64,000 bases of DNA from an uncultured Gemmatimonadaceae bacterium (GTDB taxonomy: Bacteria > Gemmatimonadota > Gemmatimonadetes > Gemmatimonadales > Gemmatimonadaceae), in assembly GCA_963790305.1 (NCBI GenBank), contig CAWBOC010000005.1, forward strand, positions 768,001-832,000. Reading direction: 5' to 3'. Each line of letters begins with the position of its first letter. The first letter of the stretch is position 1. The notes beneath the pieces were generated by a model. The model saw only the letters and a list, made by a program, of their open reading frames with translations, had not been told where the DNA came from and did no database searches. The translations under genes and the position numbers were made by a program. Below are positions 51,642 to 59,464 of the stretch, piece after piece.

Positions 51642-52846
51642 CCTGGAGACCGCTGGCGCTGGCCGCCAGCCTCATGGCCGTCCCCGTCGTGGCGCACACC
51701 GCGCGGGGCCAGGTGCGACCGGACAGCCTGTTCTCGCACGCGTTAGGCGTCCAGAAGCGGCTGCTCGTGTACCTGCCGCACTCGTACCACCGCGAGACGG
51801 CACGGCGATATCCGGTCGCGTACTATCTGCATGGTGCCTGGGGCACTGAGGACAACTGGGTCAGCCTCGGCCGCATCGATCGCACGATGGACTCGCTGGT
51901 CGCGGCGGGGCTTCCCGAGATGATCCTCGTGCTCCCCGATGGCGATGATGGCTGGTACACCACGTGGAATGCCCTCAATAACACCGCCACCTGTCGTGCG
52001 GACACGGCACGACGCGAGCCTGCCAACAGCTACTGCGTGACGTGGCCCAAGTACGATGAGTACCTCGCACGGGAGCTCATCGCGCACGTCGATTCGACGT
52101 ACCGCACTCGGGCGGAACGTGCCCGTCGCGGGATCGCGGGGCTGAGCATGGGCGGGTACGGCGCCATTTCGCTCGCGCTGCGCTATCCCGATCTGTTCGC
52201 GGCGGCCGCCAGCCACTCGGGGGTGCTGTCCCCTCGTTATGCGGGACCAACCCCCTATACGTCCCCGACGCGGTACGCCGCGACGGTCGACACCATTCAA
52301 CGCCGCTACTCGCCGGGCCTCTGGGCCCTCATGCGGCCGGTATTCGGTGGCGACACGATTGGCTGGCGCGCGCGCGATCCCGCGGTGTATGCCCGCCAGC
52401 TCGTCGCGAGACGCGCTCAGGTGCCCGCACTGTTCGTCGACATCGGTCGCGACGATCCGTTCCTCCAGCAGAACCGCGCCTTTCGCGCCGACATCACCGC
52501 GCTCGGTATCCCGGTGAAATACGCCGAATGGCCCGGCAAGCATGACTGGGTGTATTGGCGGTTGCATGCCGTCGAGAGTCTTACCTGGATGGCGGGGGTC
52601 ATCGCGAAACAGGAATTAGGAGTCAGGGGTCAGGGGTCAGGGGGTTTCAGGGGGATGGGTCGCAGGAGAGAACGGCAATGCATCGCCTACAACGCTTCAC
52701 CCAGCCCCCTGATCCCTGACCCCTGCCTCCTAACTCCTACTTGGCCCCGACTCGACGCGGCTACATACTATCGACCGTGGCCCGCTACTTCCCCCGCGAC
52801 AATGTCGCGTGGCACCTCGAGGAGCCGAGGATACTCCGCAAGCTGA
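51638..52846 (+). CDS. secreted esterase (Fes/FrmB-like alpha/beta hydrolase); homology ends near 52610 and the ORF reads through a repeat
   Basis: VYLP, YYLHG, GLSMGG, G.DD, GKHDW; GTGA overlap with the OsmC stop. Confidence 0.82.
   Translation: MTWRPLALAASLMAVPVVAHTARGQVRPDSLFSHALGVQKRLLVYLPHSYHRETARRYPVAYYLHGAWGTEDNWVSLGRIDRTMDSLVAAGLPEMILVLPDGDDGWYTTWNALNNTATCRADTARREPANSYCVTWPKYDEYLARELIAHVDSTYRTRAERARRGIAGLSMGGYGAISLALRYPDLFAAAASHSGVLSPRYAGPTPYTSPTRYAATVDTIQRRYSPGLWALMRPVFGGDTIGWRARDPAVYARQLVARRAQVPALFVDIGRDDPFLQQNRAFRADITALGIPVKYAEWPGKHDWVYWRLHAVESLTWMAGVIAKQELGVRGQGSGGFRGMGRRRERQCIAYNASPSPLIPDPCLLTPTWPRLDAATYYRPWPATSPATMSRGTSRSRGYSAS
52609..52741. repeat. palindromic repeat, family B
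   Basis: AGGAATTAGGAGTCAGGGGTCAGGGGTCAGGGGG ... CCCCCTGATCCCTGACCCCTGCCTCCTAACTCCT. Confidence 0.85.
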
Positions 52847-53358
52847 CGTTGAGCTTGCCGGCGATGGCAGTGATCGCCGGACTCCTCGTCAGGCTCATTC
52901 GGGTCGGCGTCAGCGAGATCACCGTCAGCTGGTGGGGGGTCTTCGGGGCGATCGCGCTCGGGTTGGTGGTGCTGCTCACGACCGCGACGGCGCACCTCGG
53001 AAACTATCCGGTGAAGCAGTGGCTGTGGCGCGCACCGCTCTTCGGGCTCGCCGAGGGCGCCGCCGAGTCCGGCGTGAGCGCGCTGCTCACCCTCATCGGC
53101 GTCGAGCGACTCGGCAGCACGCAGGCCCACCTCAGCGACTGGCCGTCGATGGCGACGGACACGATTATCGGGACGCCGGGGCTGGCCTTTCTCGACGGGC
53201 GCATCGTGATGGTGTCGCTGTTCGCGCTCGTGTTGGCCGGCGTCGTCCAGGTGGTGCGCTATCTCCTCCTGCGCAGCGAGAACCGCGACCACACCGCGGT
53301 CGCGATTCATGAGGAGCACGAGCGACAGGAGCAGGCGGCTTCGCATCAAGCAGATTGA
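52777..53358 (+). CDS. hypothetical membrane protein
   Basis: About 4 TM; GTG start preceded by TACTAT. Confidence 0.65.
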   Translation: MARYFPRDNVAWHLEEPRILRKLTLSLPAMAVIAGLLVRLIRVGVSEITVSWWGVFGAIALGLVVLLTTATAHLGNYPVKQWLWRAPLFGLAEGAAESGVSALLTLIGVERLGSTQAHLSDWPSMATDTIIGTPGLAFLDGRIVMVSLFALVLAGVVQVVRYLLLRSENRDHTAVAIHEEHERQEQAASHQAD

Positions 53359-53391
53359 TCGTTTCGGCCCTTCACATGTGTAGGCGATGAT

Positions 53392-54771
53392 ATGCGAATG
53401 AGAGCGGCGCGCATCGGTGTCGCGCTCGCGGGCGCGCTCATGTTCCCCGCGCACGCCAGCGCTCAGGGCTCCCCTCCGCTGCGGCCGTTCGGCACGCTGC
53501 GCGAGCAAGCGGCGGTGCGACAGCAGTGGCTGCAACAGCGCATGGAGACCGTGCTGCCCGGGCTCATGCGACAGTACGGCGTCGACATGTGGATCATCCC
53601 GATGCGGGAGTACAACGAGGATCCCGTCTTCTCTTCGATCGTCGCGCCGACGACGTTCGCCGCTCGTCGCCGAACGATCTACGTACTCTTCGACCGCGGG
53701 CCGGAGGCGGGCGTTGAGCGTCTGGCACTGGGCGGCTCGTCACAAGGCGGTGTCTACACTGCCGTGCGATCACAGCGGGCGGTGTCGGGAAGCTGGCTCG
53801 CCGCGAACCGGGCCGAGATCGGCGACGACGAGCAATGGCTCGTGCTCAGAGATCTGATCGAGCAGCGAAAGCCGGCGCGGATTGCCATCAACGTCTCGCG
53901 CGGGTGGGCCTTCGCCGACGGATTGTCAGCCGGTGAGTACGAAACCATGCGTGAGGCGCTGGGGGAGCCGTGGACCAGCCGGTTCGTGCGCGTGGAAGGG
54001 ATGGCGGTCGACTTCATCGCCTCCCGCCTGCCGGATGAAGCGCGGGCCTACGAGGGTCTGCAGCGGCTCGTGTGGGCGCTCATCGACACCGCATTCTCGA
54101 ATCGCGTGATTACGCCGGGCGAGACCCGCACCAGCGACGTCGTGTGGTGGTTCCGTCAGCGCGTGAACGACCTGGGCCTCACGGCCTGGTTCCATCCGTC
54201 AGTGACCGTGCAGCGTCGCGGCGCGACGGCCCAGCAACTCGGCGAGGACCCGATCATTCAACGTGGCGACGTGCTTCACTGTGACGTCGGCCTCGTGGCG
54301 CTCGGCCTCGCCACCGACACGCAGCACATGGGCTACGTCCTGCTCACCGGCGAGACAGCGCCGCCGGCGGGATTGCAGCAGGTCTTGTTGGCGTCGAACC
54401 GGCTGCAGGATATCGTTATGCAGGAGCTTCGCGTCGGCCGGACGGGCAACGAGATCCTCAAGACTTCGCTCGAGCAGATGCGCCGCGCAGGTATCGAAGG
54501 CAGCGTATACACCCACCCGATTGGCGTTCACGGTCATGGGGCGGGCCCGCTCATCGGTCGGTGGGACAGTCAGGACGGTGTGCCCGGTCGCGGCGACCAC
54601 AAGGTGATCCCTGGCATGTGGTTCTCGATCGAGCTCCAGGCGACGTCGGCCGTGGCCGAGTGGGGCGGACAGCGGGTGTGGTCGGCGCAGGAGGAAGATG
54701 CAATCATCTCGCAGGATGGAAAAATCCGGTGGGCACTGCGGAGACAAACTGGATTTCACCTCGTCAGATAA
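53392..54771 (+). CDS. secreted M24 (Xaa-Pro aminopeptidase-like) metallopeptidase
   Basis: GDVLHCDVG, TDTQ, HPIG.HGH, SIE, EED metal-ligand motifs. Confidence 0.85.
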   Translation: MRMRAARIGVALAGALMFPAHASAQGSPPLRPFGTLREQAAVRQQWLQQRMETVLPGLMRQYGVDMWIIPMREYNEDPVFSSIVAPTTFAARRRTIYVLFDRGPEAGVERLALGGSSQGGVYTAVRSQRAVSGSWLAANRAEIGDDEQWLVLRDLIEQRKPARIAINVSRGWAFADGLSAGEYETMREALGEPWTSRFVRVEGMAVDFIASRLPDEARAYEGLQRLVWALIDTAFSNRVITPGETRTSDVVWWFRQRVNDLGLTAWFHPSVTVQRRGATAQQLGEDPIIQRGDVLHCDVGLVALGLATDTQHMGYVLLTGETAPPAGLQQVLLASNRLQDIVMQELRVGRTGNEILKTSLEQMRRAGIEGSVYTHPIGVHGHGAGPLIGRWDSQDGVPGRGDHKVIPGMWFSIELQATSAVAEWGGQRVWSAQEEDAIISQDGKIRWALRRQTGFHLVR

Positions 54772-54833
54772 CGAGGCTAGCTTCCGAAGACGTCTTCGGA
54801 AGTTGATCGTTTCGCGATGGCGGGAGGTTCGGG

Positions 54834-55211
54834 ATGCGGAAAAAGGACAAGAAGCTCATCGTCGTCGGCGATCGCGTTCTGATCGCGATCGAGGAGGGTG
54901 AAGAGCGGACGAAGGTCGGCCTCTATCTCCCTCCGTCGGCGGTCGACAACCAGGCGGTGCAGGGCGGCCGGATCGTCGCTACCGGGCCGGGACTTCCGAT
55001 GCCCGATCCTGGGGAAACGTCCGACGAGCCCTGGCGGACGGCCGCGCGGGAGACGCGCTTCGTGCCAATGCAGGCGAGGGTTGGCGACTACGCGCTCTTC
55101 TTCCGGCGGGCCGCGGTCGAGATCACGTTCGAGAGCGACCGGTATCTGGTGGTACCGCAGACGGCGATTCTCGCGCTCGTCCGAGAAGGCGCCGTCCGCG
55201 AGGAGGACTGA
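54834..55211 (+). CDS. GroES/Cpn10 family co-chaperonin (no adjacent groEL)
   Basis: GDRVLI, TKVGLYLP, G.IVATGPG, VGD..LF, ILA. Confidence 0.82.
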   Translation: MRKKDKKLIVVGDRVLIAIEEGEERTKVGLYLPPSAVDNQAVQGGRIVATGPGLPMPDPGETSDEPWRTAARETRFVPMQARVGDYALFFRRAAVEITFESDRYLVVPQTAILALVREGAVREED

Positions 55212-55230
55212 CGACACTCATGGAGATGTG

Positions 55231-55656
55231 ATGCGAATCCAGATGTATGATGAGCGCTTCGTCACACCAATGCGCGAAGAGCTCACGCAGCTCGGCGTTC
55301 GCGAGATGCGCACGCCTCAGGAGGTCGATGATGTCCTGCGCGAGGCGAGTGGCACCACGCTGGTCGTCGTCAACTCCATCTGCGGCTGCGCTGCGCGCAA
55401 CGCGCGTCCCGCGGTGGCGCGTGCCCTGGAGAGCGCGAAGCGGCCCGACCGCCTGACGACGGTCTTCGCTGGTCAGGATGCCGAAGCGACGGCGCGTGCA
55501 CGGGAGTACTTCACGCCCTATCCCCCGTCGTCGCCACAGATCGCGCTACTGAAGGACGGCGAGGTTGCGTTCATGCTCGAGCGCAGACAGATCGAGGGCC
55601 GCGATGCCGAGCAGATCGCGAAGGATCTGGTGGAGGCATTCGAGCGCCACTGTTAG
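55231..55656 (+). CDS. BrxA/BrxB (YphP/YqiW) bacilliredoxin
   Basis: PMREEL, NSICGCAA..ARP, TVFAGQD.EAT..AR, PPSSP, IEG. Confidence 0.9.
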   Translation: MRIQMYDERFVTPMREELTQLGVREMRTPQEVDDVLREASGTTLVVVNSICGCAARNARPAVARALESAKRPDRLTTVFAGQDAEATARAREYFTPYPPSSPQIALLKDGEVAFMLERRQIEGRDAEQIAKDLVEAFERHC

Positions 55657-55662
55657 AGGGGT

Positions 55663-55717
55663 GAATGCGGAGTGCGGAATGCGGATCACACAATTCCGCC
55701 TTCCGTGCTCCGCATTC
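55663..55717. repeat. palindromic repeat, family C (degenerate)
   Basis: GAATGCGGAGTGCGGAATGCGGAT ... TTCCGCCTTCCGTGCTCCGCATTC. Confidence 0.8.
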
Positions 55718-55723
55718 GCCGTT

Positions 55724-55739
55724 TGGCATAGCCTCTGCA
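55724..55739 (+). promoter_or_regulatory. candidate sigma54 -24/-12 promoter
   Basis: TGGCAT-AGCCT-CTGCA (GG-N10-GC), about 50 nt upstream of the ElaB-like gene. Confidence 0.55.
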
Positions 55740-55791
55740 CTCACGTCACTCGCTTCTGAGACGCAGCACACTAGCCGAGGGGGGAGTGGAT

Positions 55792-56331
55792 ATGGAACGC
55801 AACTACAATGACACGTTCGGTGGCAGCAACGACACGCCAAGCGTCGGGGGCTCCAGCGGACAGAGTGGTGCGGGCACTGGCGACACCGGCTTCGGGTCGG
55901 GCGCGCAGCGCGCCGACACATCCTTCTCCGGTGCGCCCGGATCGATGGGCGCGGGCACATCGACGGAAAGCGTCGGCGGGAAGGTCAGCAAGGCGAAGGA
56001 AAAGATCGGCGAGCGCGCCAGTGAGCTGAAGTCGTCGCTCGCGGATCGGCTCGAGCAGGGCGCCGAAAAGCTTCGGCAGCGCGCGCACAGCGGTGGCCAG
56101 TATGCGGGCGCGACCGGCGAGAGCACCGTCGGCGTCTCCGAAAACGACAAGATGACACAGGTCGCCGACAAGGTCGCCGGCGGAATGCAGAGCACCGCGA
56201 ACTGGGTGCGCAACGCCGATCTCGAGACGGTCAAGGGTGACATCGAGCGCCAGGTGAAGGAACACCCCGCTCGCACGCTCCTCGTCGCAGTCGGGCTCGG
56301 GTACGTGCTGGGCAAGGCGTTCCGCCGCTAG
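55792..56331 (+). CDS. ElaB/YqjD/DUF883-like tail-anchored protein with Gly/Ser-rich N-terminus
   Basis: C-terminal VKEHP..TLLVAVGLGYVLG.AFRR. Confidence 0.7.
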   Translation: MERNYNDTFGGSNDTPSVGGSSGQSGAGTGDTGFGSGAQRADTSFSGAPGSMGAGTSTESVGGKVSKAKEKIGERASELKSSLADRLEQGAEKLRQRAHSGGQYAGATGESTVGVSENDKMTQVADKVAGGMQSTANWVRNADLETVKGDIERQVKEHPARTLLVAVGLGYVLGKAFRR

Positions 56332-56339
56332 GAGGACCT

Positions 56340-56762
56340 ATGGCGACCGGACGCGACAACGGACGCGGGATCGGCGTGCTGTTACGCGATCTCGCGGACG
56401 GCGGCGCCGCGCTGCTCCGTCAGGAGCTGCGGCTCGCGCGCGTCGAGCTGGGCGGCATCGCCAGCGCGGTGGGCGTCGGCACGGCGCTCACCGCCAGCGG
56501 CGCCGTGCTCGCCATGCTCGGAACGTTCACGGTCTTGATCGGCATCATCCTGCTCGCCGGTGACCAGTGGCTTCGGGACCGGTATTGGCTTGCGGCACTC
56601 ATTGGCGCTGTGATCGCCGGCGGGATCGCCGCGTGGATGGCACGCCGCGGGGCCGCGCATCTCTCGCCTCGCCGTCTCATGCCTGACGAAACGGTGCAGA
56701 CGCTCAAGGAGGACAAGGAATGGCTGAAACGACAGCTGAAGTCCGGCGCGACATCGAGGTGA
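56340..56762 (+). CDS. YqjE/DUF1469 (phage holin family) membrane protein
   Basis: LLRQELRLARVE, 2 TM, PDETVQTLKED.EW. Confidence 0.8.
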   Translation: MATGRDNGRGIGVLLRDLADGGAALLRQELRLARVELGGIASAVGVGTALTASGAVLAMLGTFTVLIGIILLAGDQWLRDRYWLAALIGAVIAGGIAAWMARRGAAHLSPRRLMPDETVQTLKEDKEWLKRQLKSGATSR

Positions 56763-57187
56763 CTCGGGAGCGCATGTCGGACACGCTCGCGCAGCTCGAG
56801 CACAAGCTGAACGTCATGGAGATCGTTCGCGATCACCCGTGGCCAGCACTCGCCGTCGCCGCGGGGGCGGGGTTCGCGCTCGCCAACTCGCGCGCCAATG
56901 TGAAGGCGGCAGCGGCGGCCGTGAAGGCCACCAATGGTGCCGGCAGCAAGGTCGGCGCACTGCTCGACGATCTTGCCGCCACCCTCATCGGTGGAGTGAG
57001 TACCGCGCTTTCGCAGCGGGTCGACGGTCTCGTCGGTGAGCTCAAGAGCGCCTTGGGGGCTCCCACGAGCACGCACGCGGCGTCGCGATCGACGTCGGAG
57101 CGTCAGCTGGTCGGTTACGGCGAGACGCCGGGCGGATCGCGCTCGAGCGTCGCCCCTTCGGGCGCTCTCGGCGCACGCGCGGACTGA
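56720..57187 (+). CDS. DUF3618 domain protein
   Basis: EVRRDIEVTRERMSDTL..L..KL followed by HPW + TM. Confidence 0.78.
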   Translation: MAETTAEVRRDIEVTRERMSDTLAQLEHKLNVMEIVRDHPWPALAVAAGAGFALANSRANVKAAAAAVKATNGAGSKVGALLDDLAATLIGGVSTALSQRVDGLVGELKSALGAPTSTHAASRSTSERQLVGYGETPGGSRSSVAPSGALGARAD

Positions 57188-57190
57188 ACG

Positions 57191-57330
57191 GCAGGAGCTA
57201 GGAATCAGGGGTCAGGGATGAGGGGGTGTTAGGGTGAAGGTGTCAGGGGATGCCCAAGCAGTACGCGTTTCTCCCCTCCAACCCGCTCCCTAACACCCCC
57301 TGATCCCTGACTCCTGACTCCTGACTCCCA
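57191..57330. repeat. palindromic repeat, family B
   Basis: GGAGCTAGGAATCAGGGGTCAGGGATGAGGGGGTGTTAGGG ... CCCTAACACCCCCTGATCCCTGACTCCTGACTCCTGACTCC. Confidence 0.85.
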
Positions 57331-57333
57331 ACC

Positions 57334-57738
57334 ATGGGCGACGGACTCGGAACCCTCCTTCCCATCCTCGGCGGCATACAGTGGATCGCCGGGCTCGTGC
57401 TCTCGGTCGCCGCCCTGAGGCGGGCCCGAGGCTTTGACCGGCGCGGTGGCTTCCTCGCCCGCGTCAGCGCGCGAGTCGCCATCGCACTTTTCATTACTGC
57501 CGCCCTCGACCTCATCCTGCGGGCATCGGGGGCAAGCGTCTACCTCGCGAACTGGCTCCCACCCGATTTCAACCGGGACACCTGGCACCTCCGCGCGCTA
57601 CTGATCCTCTGCGGTGCCGCTTGGCTGATGCTGCTGATAGCGGCATCGGTGAACGCGAGCCTGGGCGTCGGTGAACGCCGGCGGTCAGCGGCGGAGGAAC
57701 TTCGGCGGCGGATGGGGGGTCGAAGGACACCCTACTGA
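57334..57738 (+). CDS. hypothetical membrane protein (3 TM)
   Basis: Three hydrophobic segments; fills the gap after the repeat. Confidence 0.55.
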   Translation: MGDGLGTLLPILGGIQWIAGLVLSVAALRRARGFDRRGGFLARVSARVAIALFITAALDLILRASGASVYLANWLPPDFNRDTWHLRALLILCGAAWLMLLIAASVNASLGVGERRRSAAEELRRRMGGRRTPY

Positions 57739-58211
57739 CGGGGTGAATCTGCCCCTGGTGTAGCGCGCCCTCGCCGGACCCTGATGGCTCGCATCATCAC
57801 CTGTGGTGCAAGCGCGACACACCAATACTCAGTCAACGGGGGGCGGGAGCAGGGCCGGTGCATACAGAGGCTCGGCGCACTCGTCGCCGTGCGGTGGCGT
57901 GCGTGGGTCGGACCAGGCTCCGCCCGATGTCGTCAAGTCGTTGTCCATCTTGCCGTAACGGAGCTGGTGGCAGACGACATCACGCGGCTTGAACAGCCGT
58001 TCGAGCACCGTGTATTCGAGCACCGGAGCAGGGCTGACTTTGCGAGCAAAGCCGGGCGTCTGGTGGGTGCTCTCCTTGCAACGGCCTTTGCCGCCCGAGA
58101 TGGCTACCCGGTTGTGTGACGTTCGTCGCTGCGACTGGAGCTCGGCTTGTTTACGCCTTGCCGTCTCACCCGCATTGCTAGTCCCACTTCTCTTCCTTCC
58201 AGGAGTCTCGC

Positions 58212-58427
58212 ATGAACCGCTTGATGCAAGGCGTTCGTCGCTTCCTTCGCGACGAAGACGGCGCCGCGATCGCCGAGTACGGGCTGCTCCTCGCCATCGT
58301 TGCAGTTGGCCTGATCGCAATTCTGACTGCGTTCCGAGATGACATCTCGCTGTGGTGGAACAACATGCGCGATGACATCGTCGCGACGCCGAGCGCCAAT
58401 CCGCACGCGCCAGCCGCCGCGCCCTGA
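58212..58427 (+). CDS. flp: Flp type IVb pilin
   Basis: RFLRDEDG|AAIAEYGLL Flp motif; AGGAG RBS. Confidence 0.92.
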   Translation: MNRLMQGVRRFLRDEDGAAIAEYGLLLAIVAVGLIAILTAFRDDISLWWNNMRDDIVATPSANPHAPAAAP

Positions 58428-58445
58428 CCATTCGGGGTTAGTGGC

Positions 58446-58985
58446 GTGAATGCGTTCAGCGGGCCCTCGCCCGTCGTAGCAGGCGCAGCGTTCACGCTAC
58501 TGCTCGTGGGTGCCTGCGTGACCGACCTTCGGTCACGGCGCATCCCGAACGGCTTGGTGCTCGCGCTGGTGTTGGGTGGTATCGGGTACTCGATGGCGAC
58601 GATGGCACCGCTTGCCGGGCTAGGGTACGCACTCGGCGGTGGTGCAGTTGGGCTTGCTCTGTGGCTCCCGTTCTGGTTGATGCGCGTTCTCGGGGCTGGG
58701 GATGTGAAGCTCGCTGCCGCATCGGGTACCTGGCTTGGCATCGCGGGGATCCTGGAGGCGTCGCTTCTCGGCGCCTTCGCCGGTGGGTTGCTTGCCGTGT
58801 GGGCGCTTTCGCGGCAGGGCGGCTTATCGGCAGCAGTAACCCGTTTCGGCGGGTGGATGCTCGCCTCGCGAGCGACCGGTGCCATCGCGCCGGAAGTGAC
58901 ACCGAAGGAACGTCGTATTCCGTACGGCCTGGCCATCGCCGCGGGCTCCGCGGCGGCGGCCTGGGTTCCTGGACTGATCTGGTAG
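58446..58985 (+). CDS. cpaA: A24 prepilin peptidase (CpaA/TadV)
   Basis: DLRSRRIPN, GAGDVKL, IPYGLAI. Confidence 0.9.
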   Translation: MNAFSGPSPVVAGAAFTLLLVGACVTDLRSRRIPNGLVLALVLGGIGYSMATMAPLAGLGYALGGGAVGLALWLPFWLMRVLGAGDVKLAAASGTWLGIAGILEASLLGAFAGGLLAVWALSRQGGLSAAVTRFGGWMLASRATGAIAPEVTPKERRIPYGLAIAAGSAAAAWVPGLIW

Positions 58986-58993
58986 AGGACGTC

Positions 58994-59413
58994 ATGCGCT
59001 CACGAACGTTGATTCGGGAAGACGATGGAGCCGCAGTGGTCGAGTTCGCGCTCGTTATGCCGATCCTCGCGCTCATCATCTTCGGCATCATCGACTTCGG
59101 GCGCGCGTTCTATACGGTCAACAACATCATTTCAGCTGTTCGTGAGGGCTCGCGGTACGGGGCCATTCTGGCCGCACCAATGAGCACGTTGGGGCAAAGC
59201 GAGATTCGCACACGGGTTCGAGGGGTCTCGAAGCCGTTCGGCGGTGATACGCTCCGCAATGAGCACATCGAGATCGAGTTCGACGGAGAGTTGATCACCG
59301 TGCGTGTCGACAGCTTTCCCTTCCAACCCCTCACGCCAATCGCAGGCGCACTGGGAGTCGGAACCTGGCCGATCACACGACAGGCCACCTTCCGCTGGGA
59401 GCGCGGCACCTAA
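58994..59413 (+). CDS. tadE: TadE-like pseudopilin
   Basis: G|AAVVEFALVMP...FGIIDFG...AVREGSR. Confidence 0.88.
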   Translation: MRSRTLIREDDGAAVVEFALVMPILALIIFGIIDFGRAFYTVNNIISAVREGSRYGAILAAPMSTLGQSEIRTRVRGVSKPFGGDTLRNEHIEIEFDGELITVRVDSFPFQPLTPIAGALGVGTWPITRQATFRWERGT

Positions 59414-59464
59414 CGCGAAACATCGGGCGCCGGCTGGAGCCGTGCGCCCTCGGAGCAACGACTC

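Noticed and set aside
56340..56762. Phage holin as evidence of a prophage
   Set aside because: The context is the chromosomal ElaB/YqjE/DUF3618 stress cluster, with no phage genes nearby.
43241..57330. Repeat clusters as CRISPR arrays
   Set aside because: Units are 7-9 bp in inverted arms, with no regular repeat-spacer series and no cas genes.
57668..57795. Resemblance to a c-di-AMP (ydaO) riboswitch: GCGGAGGAAC...GGGGTGAATC...GTAG
   Set aside because: The 3' conserved CCCGAACCCGNCAGCTAAC block is missing, and the 5' half lies within a plausible CDS.
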